Shown piece by piece: positions 27,188 to 39,256 of a stretch of DNA of 64,000 nt (position 1 is its first letter; every line of letters starts with the position of its first letter). A program made the position numbers and the translations under genes. Below the pieces are notes generated by a model. It was not told where the DNA came from. It was given only the letters and a program-made list of their open reading frames with translations, and made no database searches. The stretch is taken from assembly GCA_028023455.1 (NCBI GenBank), contig JAQFVV010000002.1:33294001-33358000 (forward strand). Reading direction: 5' to 3'. The stretch is from Epiperipatus broadwayi. Taxonomy: Eukaryota; Animalia; Onychophora.

Positions 27188-27410
27188 AGTAAAATGTAAT
27201 TATATTCCAAATAACAGTAAATAACAAAAATTCCAATATCAACTTTAATCAATAGTAGTACTTTCAATTATATCACAATCATTTTCAACTAAACTGTGTA
27301 GTTTAGTTGAAAATGATTAAGATATAATTGAAAGTACTACTATTGATTAAAGTTTATATTGGAATTTATTTTGTTATTTACTGTTATTTGGAATATAATT
27401 CCATTTTAGT
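27188..27410. repeat. 223-bp near-perfect AT-rich palindrome (family J)
   Basis: Centre CAACTAAACT-GTGT-AGTTTAGTTG; arms differ at only a few positions. Confidence 0.9.
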
Positions 27411-27435
27411 TTTTTATATACATATATATAGTGTA

Positions 27436-27883
27436 CCAGTCAAGTTTGTACATTCGCGTAACAGAATTCAGAATCCAAGCAAAAGAGACCGAAGCTGACC
27501 AGACTAGGACTGTAACATCCCGAGTCCGACCGCACTTCAACTCGTAAGCCAGGATTCCAAGACTCAAGACCCTACGAATGACCACCTTGAAATTACACGT
27601 AGTATACCTCTGTCCACACGGCCGACATAGGCACGGAGAAGCAATAAGACTCTGATGAATAAAAGAAAGGTTCTTAATTGACTAAAATATCACTAAATTT
27701 AATTTAACCTAATGCATAGTTTTCACATATATAGACTATAAATAGTAATTAGAATTGGATTGAATTAGATCAATAACGAAACAGAGAACGAAATACATTA
27801 AATTAATTATATATTTATTTACAATTGGCATGAAATTGATTAGTTTTACACATTTCAGCGTCGAATGTACAAACATTGGGTGG
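27436..27883. mobile_element. MITE-like element with CpG-rich interior
   Basis: Terminal inverted repeats CCAGTCAAGTTTGTACATTCGCG / CGTCGAATGTACAAACATTGGGTGG. Confidence 0.55.
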
Positions 27884-28169
27884 ATAAGAGAACACATTCT
27901 CTTTTTACATACAATTCAAAATAGCTTTATATAAATAATTTTTATACAATTTCAAAATAGCTTTAGATAAATACTTTCATTTAATTTTCATAAATGGGTT
28001 TAACATGTGCCCATCTTATGAGTTGCTTTTCAATTAATACATAATTAATCACTACGTTATGTCTATAAATCTCGATGAACCAAATCCTATTACATTTGTG
28101 GCTGGTATATAAATAATTATATTAAACTTTGATCATGAATTCATTTACTAAAATATACAATATGATTTA

Positions 28170-28600
28170 ATGACGAGCGCATAAACCAGCTCAAGTAATG
28201 ATCAATCGAACATGGCTTTCGAGAGAAAATTTCAGAATGCTGAAAGCGTTGTGTTAAGGTGGGAGAGTTGGCTGAAATAAGATTTTACCAATGCGCTATG
28301 GCACAGGTAAACAATAATAGGAAAAGTCGCTCTGCGGATGGATGAAATAACTTCAGGGTTCTTGCGACAAACGCCGGTACCCTGTAACCGATCGCAATGC
28401 TGCGTGAAAAGGAACATTGTGTTCAGGAATGGCGGGGGACTTACGTGCTAACCTGGCCTTGGCTCAGGCTTCGCTACTGCTCTACCCTATAAAAGAAGAT
28501 GTGCTGGCAACGCCGTGGCTCCATCTTGAGATACGTATATTACGTATAGCAGCAAAACGAGAATAATTTTATAAAATAATATCACATCCGCCAAGCAAAG
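28170..28600. other. Unexplained CpG-rich island with TATAAAAG
   Basis: Many CpGs in a CpG-poor background; TATAAAAG 28488-28495, CCATCTT 28521-28527. Confidence 0.45.
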
Positions 28601-29339
28601 AATAGTATATTTCATACTATGAAATACGAGTTAATAGCATATTAGCTCTATCAAATTGGGACCAACTCTTGCGTAGCCTGATAATAAATTTCTATGCTAC
28701 TAACGGGAATATTATTACATCTGTACTTTGACATGTTCGATCTATTAAGTTACTTATAGATAATAAATATTTAAGGAGGAAAAGTATATTTCTATGGACT
28801 TAAGAATTTAAATGTCAAATATACTTATATGATCAAGGCTAAATTTAATTCTAAATAAAACTATAAGGTTAAGTTTTTAACTGGTTGATTATAAAAGAGC
28901 CACATTTCACATATTAAATCATTTAAATAATAAAAAAAATAGGATTTCGAAACAGCGCAGAAAGTTGATGCTATAAATAAATTACGCGAAGATTTTCAAA
29001 TAATATCTTCTTAAAACATAAAATAAGTGCCTACTGTTTCGAAATATTGGCATATAAAATATAATAAGCATTTAAAATAAAATAAGCAAAGAAATATAGA
29101 CACAACCGCAGTGATATAACTTTAAACTAAATAATTTACTTTGAATGAAAGGAAAATATAAATTACTCAGATTATTTAAACTTTAACAACATGAAATTTC
29201 GGATAGCAATTGACATATTAAAAATATTAATTAAATGGATTTAAGTTTTGGTTACATTTAGCTTTATCATTATTTTAAAAGAAAGTTAGCTAACTTAGAT
29301 AAATATTATTACATTTAGAATTACACAGAATTACACAGA

Positions 29340-29690
29340 GCTCTGCGGTTTGAAAAATAAAACGGTACCGGTATGATTTATCTGCAAGTTCTTGGCTGTT
29401 GGTTTGGTTTAGTTTGACTGGGCGGCATCATCTTTCCCATTATGTTAGGCTCGTCTCTTCTATCGGCATGATGGTGGTTTAGGCATTTCGACGAGAGAAA
29501 CCCCGTTCTCCCGCGGAGTAACAGCAACAAGATGCCCGCTTTTAGCCGGACATGTTAAACTTTAACAATTGTGAAGACTGGCTGCAATTCTCACTAACAA
29601 TATGGCTGTTTTTTTTTTTGTTAAAAAAATACAGAGTATTTATAGGTTTTCCTTATCGGAATCTCCCGCCTCAAGACTCATTAAACTCAG
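29340..29690. other. Unexplained CpG-rich island
   Basis: Many CpGs; on - GGCGGGAG, CTATAAATA, then CAGCCATATT ~30 nt downstream; no ATG-initiated long ORF. Confidence 0.45.
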
Positions 29691-31437
29691 GAATTTAATT
29701 AAGTATTTTTCAATTTATAATCCAGATCTTAGATAACTTATGTTAGAAACATTCCATAAGCTATTATTATAATTAAGATTTTTCGTTGCAAACAATTGTC
29801 CAATTTAGATTTTAAAATAACTTACTCTTATCTAAGGAGATTTTAATTAGTAAATTTTGAACTAGTTTTACTTTTTACGAATTCCAGGTGTGGTCGTTAA
29901 TGACACTTGTTTACAACCAAAAATCTTTTAATTACTTGACCAGCTTTTATTTTTAATCTTACACATAATAGAAACTCTTTCTATTTAAAAACAACCTTTT
30001 AACATTTTTTTAAAACGAAAACATTTTTAACATATTTATTAAAAATAATTTACAAATATATTTTGATATAGCTTTTAAATATATTTTCGAGAAACTTTTC
30101 TCTGAAATATATTTAAAACAAGAAATCTTTTAACAATTTTAAAGAAACATTTAATAGTATTTTTAGATAACGGCTTTTATATATTTTAAATCATGTCTTT
30201 CTTCTATATAGCACAGATTATATATCCACATACGAAATTACAATATTAAACAACAAAATTAATAATTTACTCTTAACTTAAATAATATAATAAACATTTT
30301 TAGAAATATTAAATAACTTTAGGACGCTATAATTTTACTAATCCTATCTAATTATAGCGTTGGTTCGCACGTAAATATATAAATACTGTTTATACAGACA
30401 TGAACGAATTTTATATTATTAACATTTAAATAGGTTCGAACTTAGCACAGATGAGAGTGTCATTAGGTTTGATGGTGAAACGGAAAGGGATTGGAGGTTT
30501 CCGTTTCAATAGAGAGAGAGAAAGTTTTCTAGCATATTATTAATGTATCCCAGATGTTCAACTATAGTCATTTTAGATAACCCATGAATCATCAATGAAA
30601 AATCTAATACAGCATTATCTAAACAGGCTCAAATTAATACAAATCAGAAAAACTTTGCAAGAAACAAGAACATTTAAATGCTTGTGAATACTTTAAAGGA
30701 GTCACTATTTTTGCAGTATGAATCAGCAATAATTGGTCAAGGTAAAAGCCAGTTAATTGTTAGATGCCACACTAGTTAAAGAGTTAAATTTAACAAAGGA
30801 TTTAATTTTAAGATAGTCAATAATATTTGCACAAGAATTAGATCTTAAGTGTAAGATCTTTTGTAAAAGAGCAAAAAATTTTGTCACACAACTGGGATAC
30901 AATAAAAACAAAAATAGAATTTAAATCTAAAAATAGTTCTGATTTTGATGAAATCCTTATATACACTTTAATGGAAAGATTTTTACAACCAAGTTAAAAA
31001 ATCAATATTAACAGTATCAAGAAAAACATTTATGGAATAAACTAATAATTTGTCATGAAGACACTAATATTTTTTTTTTAAAGAAAGAAGTAGGGGATTT
31101 AAATTTTTTTAATAGATAAAATTACAATAATATCACCGATACTGGCATATCATTTTCAAATCATTCGTTTACCTTTTTTTCATTTTGTTATTGACTATTT
31201 CATATTTTATATATATTTTTGAACAACAAACTTGATCCTATTTATGTCTGAGTTTTGGTAGCATAACCATTAACGAAATATCATAAAGGAGTCTGTAGAG
31301 ATTCCAGCTAAGAAGTAAATTTGCCAGTGACTCGATTAAGTTCTTCAAATAATATATGGTTCATAGTTTGTTTGCTCACATACGTAGATTAGTGGTTGAT
31401 AAATTCCATCTATAAAGCAATAATGTGGGAGATTTTA

Positions 31438-31620
31438 CACAGACTTTCAAGTTCTTCAGCTATCCACTCGTCTATTTCATACAACAAATACACATGACCA
31501 CATGTGAAAAAGATAAATAATCTGCAATATATGTATTTTGTGATGAACCAGCATTCATTACTTGGTCCACATATATATAATCAGTGCTCAGAGTATATTA
31601 AGATAGCAAATCTAAGTACT
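31438..31620 (-). mobile_element. Family B fragment with a mutated hammerhead core
   Basis: rc GGACCAA-GTAATGA-ATGCTGGTTCATCAC-AAAA-TACATATATTG; GAAAGTCTG end. Confidence 0.75.
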
Positions 31621-31659
31621 GACCACGAATTGTTCTATGCCTGTTGATGAGATTTCAGT

Positions 31660-32200
31660 TACATCTGAGGTGAAATCCAGCTGGCTTTATTGTTGGATCT
31701 AGAAAAAGAAATAATTCTTTGATTGTAGAGTTTTGTTTGAACATTCAAAAGAGGGATTTTAATTTGGGATGAATCTTAGATGATAAAATTATATATAGAG
31801 TTATTGGTTAATTTGATCTACTTAACAACTTCTTATACAATTTGTATTCAGCAAAGTCTTCCATCTGTCAGAAGAACATGCAAAAGAACAAGGAGCTATT
31901 GCAAAGGAGTAGACCAGTAATACTTATCATGGTAATTTTTAATTGAGTATTCAGTAGATTAGTACAGGAACTTTTTCCCCAAACATGAGTCCAGTATTCA
32001 CTAGCAGAATATGATAATGCTAAGAAAGCTATCCATATTTACATCACAATCCCAAGAAGATGATTCCTTCTGATAACAGATCTTTCAGGCAATTATGATT
32101 CTCATATAAATATTGTTTTTAGCTTTCATACTGTATTTGTTAATGTGGAATGTATTTCAAGTTGTGAGAATACTTTGATATGTGAGTTTTGTTTAAGGAT
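31660..32200 (-). mobile_element. Decayed non-LTR retrotransposon fragment (I/Ingi-group-like RT thumb region)
   Basis: rc SWDCD...LSYSASEYWTHVWG..S.TNLL.TQL.ITM..ITG, resembling WG...LR..ALAL.YS.AEY..PVW. Confidence 0.5.
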
Positions 32201-32339
32201 CGAATGAATTCCTGTGTGGTTATTTAATATATATTTTTATAAATCCATTAAAAGTGTATTATTTTTCCAACTTTTTTTTTGATAGTTTTCTTTTTCTGAT
32301 ATAATGCTAGAATTTTTGCTGAAATATTTATCAATAAGG

Positions 32340-32439
32340 CGGGAGATCAGTGCAGCCGCCTTGCAAGCAACCAGTTGGTTGCAGATGGTTGTTGCGGGTT
32401 CGCCTCCCAGCCGATGCTATGACATATGGGAAAAAAAAG
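32340..32439 (+). mobile_element. tRNA-derived SINE (family E), 5'-truncated
   Basis: 15-bp TSD TATTTATCAATAAGG (32325-32339, 32440-32454), A tail, B box GGTTCGCCTCC. Confidence 0.9.
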
Positions 32440-33075
32440 TATTTATCAATAAGGAGTTAATTATTCCTAGACTGAATTAACAAAAAACTCCCAATTCATA
32501 GGAATTTCATCTTAAATGGAGGGGAGGATGGTTGCATGGATGTCCTATTCTGATTGTATCTGAATCTTTTTACAATGATAAGATTCTCATCTAAAACTTT
32601 AATTAAATGTCAAATGCTTTTGAAATTTTTGTAGGTTGAAAGTTAAATTTAAAAAAAAAGTGGAATAAAAATTAGCAATATAATCTGGGATAAAGTTAAT
32701 ACAATTTTTAGAATATTTAATTTAGTTAGGTAGAAATCAATTCAAATTGAATATAAATGAACAGCAAAAGAAAATTGGGTTCAGAAAACATAAATGATAA
32801 ATTTTATTTACAAAAAAACTCGGCAATAACAGAGTTAGATGAAGAAAGAATAGATTTAAAAATGAAAAAAAAAGCTAATATTCACTGAGAGTAGTAGGAA
32901 ATTTTGCAAATATATTAAATGTAAGACAGATCAGCTAAAAATATTAAATTGTTGGATAAAGAATATAAGAAATGTAAAGATAAGACATTGAAAAAAAAAA
33001 TTAAATACTCTTAAAAAGAATTAGGTTTTAAAGAAAAATTTAAATATGATTTAGTGAAATATACAAAAACATGAT

Positions 33076-33873
33076 ATAATTAGATTCCAACCAGTAACCA
33101 CCTAAACATTCACAGTAAAAGTAGTAATCAATATTTCTCACTGCTGTTAATGCAACCATCACACCTTTTAATAGCAAGAATGGAAATCCATTTATTGCAG
33201 TTTGTAATGTTATAATTGACTATTTATTAGTCTGCATTATAGTGACATGTTTAAAGAGGTTTATTTAAACTTCATTGTATCAATATTTTATACTCTGTAG
33301 TCAAGTTGCAATCCTTAAGTGTCCATATATATTCAATGGACCATTAGTAAGAATGGATTTCCATTCTTGCTATTAAAAAGGTGAGAAGGTTGCCTTGACA
33401 GCAGTGAGAAATATTGATTACTATATTTACTGTGAATGTTTAGGTTGTGACTGGTTGGAATCTAATTACATCATTATTCCAGATTAGCTTTAGGCACTAT
33501 TTCGCTTATTATTTCTAAATAATACATGGGCAATTTAAAAGTATTGCATTAAGTAATATTATAGATGACTATTTATTAGTCTGCATTATAGTGACATGTT
33601 TATTCATGTTTAAAGAGATTTATATAAACTTCATTGTAACAATATTTCATACTCTCTAGTCAAGTTGCAATCTTTAAGTGTCCATATATGTTCAATGGAC
33701 CATTAGTAAGAATCGATTTCCATTCTTGCTATTAAAAGGAGTGAAGGTTGCCTTGACGGCAGTGAGAAATATTGATTACTATTTTTACTGTGAATGTTTA
33801 GGTTGTGACTGGTTGGAATCTAATTACATCATTATTCCAGTTAGCTCTAGGCACTATTTCACTTATTATTCCT
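33076..33873. mobile_element. Family H: inverted arm plus partial tandem duplication (PLE-like architecture)
   Basis: 33071-33200 is the inverse of 33345-33474; direct copies start ~33192 and ~33541 (349-bp period); flanked by AAAAACATGAT at 33065-33075 and 33874-33884. Confidence 0.85.
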
Positions 33874-34208
33874 AAAAACATGATTATAAAAGAATTATTA
33901 CAAACATTTATAAAGGGTTAAGAGTTAACAAATGAAATAATTTTAGGATTAGAGAGAGATGTAGTGTCATTATTGAGTTGTTTAACATAATTGCAATGAA
34001 GAGATATTCAGAAGCGGAAGAGTAAGGTTAATATCTAAGGGGAAATGGTCGGAATAATAACCATTATATATAAATCTTTGTTTTAAAATTGGTGTTATAT
34101 CATATATAGTATATATGATTTCAATCTTGTGTTGATTGATTATTTATTTATTTATATATGATTTGTAATTCTATGGCAGTATGCCATTTGCTTACACTGA
34201 ATGTTTTC

Positions 34209-34289
34209 TATATATGTGAATAGAGGGATTTGAACTCAGGATTTGAATAGACTGAAAAATCCTGTGTTCAAATCTCTATTTATATATAT
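34209..34289. repeat. Mini palindrome of the family B outer end
   Basis: AATAGAGGGATTTGAACTCAGGATTT / AAATCCTGTGTTCAAATCTCTATT matches the B terminus AAATCTGAGTTCAATTCCTCTAT. Confidence 0.7.
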
Positions 34290-34662
34290 GATTTGATAAG
34301 TCTTTACTTACCTTACAGATTGAGATGGGATTTGACAGAATTTTTGAAAGTTGGGTTTTTTATAGATTAACTTTTATGGATTATTATTTTTTTATTAAAT
34401 TCATATTTGTCTAAAGAAAAACTCATTTTTCAAAAACAGTACTGTACAATGAAATATTAGAGGGGGGGGTATTTATTTTTTTGTAATTTTAAGGAACAAA
34501 ACCAGGCTGCCCAAAAATATTTAATATATTTGCTATCAGCAAAGACATAAATTTACATTCTGTTGTAGAACAAGTTAAAAAAGCTAATTGTCAAATGATA
34601 ATAACAACATACATTGCAAAGATTTTATTATTAAGGACATGAATTAAATGACTCATGTAGCT

Positions 34663-34780
34663 TTATTTTTTTTTTTTTCCATATGTCATAGCATCGGCCG
34701 GGACGTGAACCCACATCCGTCTGCAACCAACTACTTGCTTGCAAGGCGGGTGCGATGACCTCTCGGCTAACAATGCATGA
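34663..34780 (-). mobile_element. tRNA-derived SINE (family E), full length
   Basis: A box TAGCCGAGAGG, B box GGTTCACGTCC, acceptor-like GCATTG/CGATGC, A tail, TSD CATGTAGCT (34654-34662, 34781-34789). Confidence 0.9.
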
Positions 34781-36862
34781 CATGTAGCTGTATTTTAAAG
34801 CAACAAAATAATAGATAAACCTAATTTGTTAAATACCAGAATAGTGTAAACGATTATAACAGATTATAATAGTTTGTGTTTAAATTTTTTTTATCTAGTT
34901 GTTATTATATTTAATTTAAGCTAGTTTTTTTTAAAAAAAGAATTAACAGACAAATTAGATTAAATTGAATATTGTGAAAGATATATTTAAAATTCTACGA
35001 ATCAGATACAAAATTCAAATTAATGTTTGGTATATAATGAAGATTCGAATACAAGTAGACATAATGGGCATACAGTATATATTTTTATCTGAGAAATAAA
35101 AATATAAACTAAAAAAAAAAAAAAAACTAATAGGTTAATGAGAGATACTTTTGTGCCATTTAAAATATATAATGTTATTGTAAATATTAGATGATGTGAT
35201 AAATTATGTTACAAAGGATAGCAACAAATTAACTATCATTTCTGTCTCTTAGTTGCATGTTCAATCTTTCTAATATTTCCATCAGTTTAGTGCTTATTAG
35301 CCAAATTAAGAAATCAAGCAGAGATTTAATGATTAGCTATATTATGTACATATCCACATTGAAGATAAGATTATTTTTCTAGGTTAACCATAACTCAATT
35401 TTGATTGTCCAATGTATTTTGACTTCTCATGTTTTTACAAGCAGACACATACTTTTTTTCAATGCATGCATCATAAGTAATGAGGATAAAATTATCAATA
35501 AATAATGTGTACAGATTTTACCTCGTTAATAATTGTGCTTAATGTCAATAACTAATCCACAGATAAATAAATGTATAAACCTATATATACTGACTCGTAT
35601 AATTTTTAAAAGGTGATGAAGTCCAAGCGCTATCTTTTTTAATTGTAATTAAATATCTCAGATCTTTGTTCAGTCACTAAGCAGACTAGAATGGAACTAG
35701 TTTCCTCTATAATCAGATTTATTGAATAGGCGAGCAATTAAGAATATGCAAGATTCTACATCAGTTTCATTGAGATGTTTCTATAACCTTCAAATTCACT
35801 TTAAGGAATGAAATTGTTAATATTTTTGTCTATTTTGCAGTTGTTTATGATATGAACGATATGGTGAATTAAATCTAATGTAGGTGAGACTTGGAGATTT
35901 CATTGCATCTCAAAATTACATATTAATCGAAGTTGTTTAATTACATTATGAATCACATATATATTCATGTTTAAAATGAATGAATCGGGATGATACATTA
36001 TATTATTGGTTTAAACAAACAAATTAACATCAATTAGTCATTGGTCAAAGATTGCATTGTTACTCTTTTTCAATAGAATATTGAATCTGAGTTTGTTTTA
36101 TAGCAAAGCTGCCTAAGTATTTTTTCATCCTTACAAATTATTTAATATTAATTATATTAATAAAGTTAGAGGAATGGATGACATTCAGATATTATACTTG
36201 ATCGTGAACTTAGAACTTTTAACATGTATAGTTAAATAGTTGCTTATTTATACACGAACATATCATAAATCACTGTGCTCTGCTTACTAAAATGTTGTGA
36301 TTATCTTAAGATAGTTCGTCACACCAAAGTATAATGTACTGTGTATGTCTATTAAGTTCGCTCTGCTTGAAGGCAGATGATGCCTTAACTAGCTAATCAA
36401 GTATTAGAACCAAGTAATAACAATTGATGGTAGTTTGATATTGCTTCTCATTCTCTTAATTTATTTTAGTATCTTCATTTTAGAGCTATATTTAACTCTA
36501 GAGGTCATGGCTAGCTGTGTGGTTGGTTGTGACTAACATTTACGTCAGTTTGTTTATAACACTTCATGTATAAAAATGTATATTTGATAATTTAAATTAT
36601 ATCAACTCCAAAGTCTGTATTAGTGTAATTGTGAAAATAATTTCTAAATTATAACTAAAAATTAATATTTAAAAAAAAAAGTATTTTATTATATAAATAT
36701 AATAATGGCAAATTTGCAGTGTTTTTTCCCACACATACTGTCAACGAATGTATGTCTCAGCTACACGCGATGTCTGTGGGATTAAACTCCTCTTATCATG
36801 AAAGTGCACTATTTTTTTATTCATTTTTCCCCAGTGGTTATCACTTTTGTTATTTTTCTTAC

Positions 36863-37035
36863 CTATGAGATGTTATTAGCTCTTCATACTCAGTGCATGC
36901 AGGTAGAATATTGTTTATCCCGTTCTCTATGATTTGTAAACTTGCACTCTCTGACGAAATTCTGAATGTGATTATTAACTTTTCACAGTCACTAATTATT
37001 TTGGCATGAGTCATTATTTTTTGAAGTAACATAAT
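36863..37035 (-). CDS. Candidate internal exon of an unidentified antisense gene
   Basis: (T)n...TATTCAAG| acceptor, AG|GTAAGA donor, 173 bp fully open: IMLLQKIMTHAKIISDCEKLIITFRISSESASLQIIENGINNILPACTEYEELITSHR. Confidence 0.35.
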
Positions 37036-37434
37036 CTTGAATACACACAAATTACAAAAAAAAAAAAAAAAGGTAATATAATATCTAAATAAAGTAGCAC
37101 AATGAAATATTGAACCGTTATTTTTGAATGAAGAATTAAATCTTTTATTGAGAAACAAAAGTTGCAAATAAGAACAATTGATTTAACAAATTCAACTTTT
37201 TTTATTGCTTTAACAATGCTGGTTTTATTTAACTTAATTGATCTGACAGTTTCGACTGACTAGCATTATTGTTACAGTGATAACGAAAAAAAAATGCTAA
37301 TGGCTTTATTGCTTGGGAGGTCTCATAAGAAGTTGGAGCGGCAGAATCAATTCTGGGATCAACTGTGCAAGGCATGATAAAGAAAATTGGATTTGTTTAA
37401 TTATTTAAAATTTTATTAATGCATAGGGAAGAAT

Positions 37435-37822
37435 AATCCTGCCTAATAAGATAGTGGTGGCTATGGTTGTTAAAGAGCCAAGGACACCAAAATGTACGGG
37501 GTACTAAACTGAGTTCAGACCCATATGACTATATAAGCTGTTGGGCTTAGATTGAAAATATTGTGTTTTCAATTTTATTCTCATAGGTTTCTAGTTAAGT
37601 AGAGATAAAAGGTGGCTGCTGGAGGGTTGCATTAGATCCTAAGATCTAGGTGCAATGCTCTCAGATCCAAGGCTCCTCACTGGCCACAAGCCAGAAACTA
37701 GTCTGGAAATATTGTTTGAGTAGGCACTAGATGGGGATTTTATGCATGTCTTCTGCCATCCATTGATTACTCTGGTTGGCACTGTGTGGCACTACTGTAT
37801 GGAGAGTTTTGCCTGTTTTAAT
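37435..37822 (+). mobile_element. Family A, full-length copy (hammerhead core deleted)
   Basis: Same AATCCTGCCTAATA start as 52702; CCTCACTG|GCCACAAGCCAGAAACTAGTC lacks ATGAA. Confidence 0.85.
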
Positions 37823-38019
37823 TAATAGTGAAAGGAAGAATATAATAGTTCATAAACAATTGATTCAATGATTATTCTTTGAAATATATGTAAGGTAGAG
37901 AGAGTCCTAGTTCTCATATCTTCATTTTGAATGTTTTTGCATGATTGATCCATTATAATCAACTTGATAAAATCTTTCTCAGGATCAGGGAATGAAAGCA
38001 AAATAGTTTATAATTCATA

Positions 38020-38170
38020 TTAATCATTTATTAGACTAGAGATTATAGTATTTGCTTATGTATTTATGGTTACATCCCTACCTTGCACGAGAGATGGTAT
38101 AGTGAAAGTTACACTACAGAAATATTATTCATTAAGTGGATAATAAATGACTAATAAAAATTATTAATAT
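38020..38170 (+). repeat. Family C fragment with a short inverted 3' end
   Basis: Matches 62520-62610; TTTATTAGACTAGAGATTAT is the inverse of the C tail ATAATCTTTAGTCTAATAAA. Confidence 0.65.
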
Positions 38171-38274
38171 ACTTCCATTAAATGGTTTGTGTCACAGTTG
38201 TGAGGGCAGTAAGTTTGATACATCATTTAAATTGTAGTAAATTTTCTATATATACAGAAATAATAAAGATATAT

Positions 38275-38350
38275 GTAGGAGATTGTGATCTGGGCCAACT
38301 GATGAGTACTAATTCAGCATGAAATATGCATCTTTGGGATCATACTTTTT
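38275..38350 (+). mobile_element. Family B fragment retaining both hammerhead cores
   Basis: CCAA-CTGATGA-GTACT-AATTC-AGCAT-GAAA-TATGCA-TC-TTTGG (38295-38337). Confidence 0.65.
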
Positions 38351-38406
38351 CAAATCGTTGGTCATATATTTATGATTACATCCTTCCACAAGGTATTACA
38401 AGTGGA

Positions 38407-39256
38407 GGTACTGTAGTATTAGAGCTGCTACATGAAGAATTATAATCGTTTAATCATTAAATTAATTAGGTTATTAAATCAAAAACATATTTTAAAATCT
38501 ACATTAAAAAAAAAAAAAACAATTTAACAAAAAAAAATACAAAAAAGCATTAATGTGAAGAATAGTTATAATGTGTGTTTAAATCAAATTGAGTGTGTTT
38601 GCATGTGCATATTCTGCATAATCTATTTTAATACATTGTACAGACTTATACCTGCATTTATATATGTAATATATGGGGAATTCGAACTCAGACTTTCACA
38701 CGACCTACAACTCTCAGTGCCATCTTATATTGCTGACTCAGCTCATCACACACATGTTGAAAAGATAAATAATCACCAATATACGTATTTCGTGCAAAAC
38801 TAGCACTCATTAAAGTATGAAGATTGGTTATCTTAATATAAAGCTGAGTACTAATTGTATATATGTGTGGAGATGGTAATCTGAACCCACTGATGAGTGC
38901 TGGTTAGCACGACATACGTATATTGGTGATTATTTATCTTTTCAACATGTGTGTGATCAGGTGAATCAACAATATAAGATGGCACTGAGAGTTGTAGGTC
39001 GTGTGAAAGTCTGAGTTCGAATCCCGCATATATTACATATATAAATGCAGGTGTAAGCCTGTACAATGTATTAAAATAGATTATGCAGAATATGCACGAG
39101 CAAACACAGTCAATTTGATTTAAACACGCACATTAATGCTTTTCGAATTTTTTTTGTTAAATTGTTTTTTTTTTTAATGTAGATTTTAAAATATGTTTTT
39201 GATTTAATAACCTACTTAATTTAATGATGATGTCGCAGTTCTAATACCACAGTACC
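38407..39256. mobile_element. 850-bp family B tail-out palindrome inserted into a family C copy
   Basis: 8-bp TSD CAAGTGGA (38399-38406, 39257-39264); arms join at CATTA (~38807); right motif ACCCA-CTGATGA-GTGCT-GGTT-AGCAC-GACA-TACGTA-TA-TTGGT. Confidence 0.92.

Noticed and set aside
27310-27345. Hammerhead in palindrome J (ATGATTA...GAAA-GTAC-TA)
   Set aside because: Core has two or more mismatches and stem I does not pair
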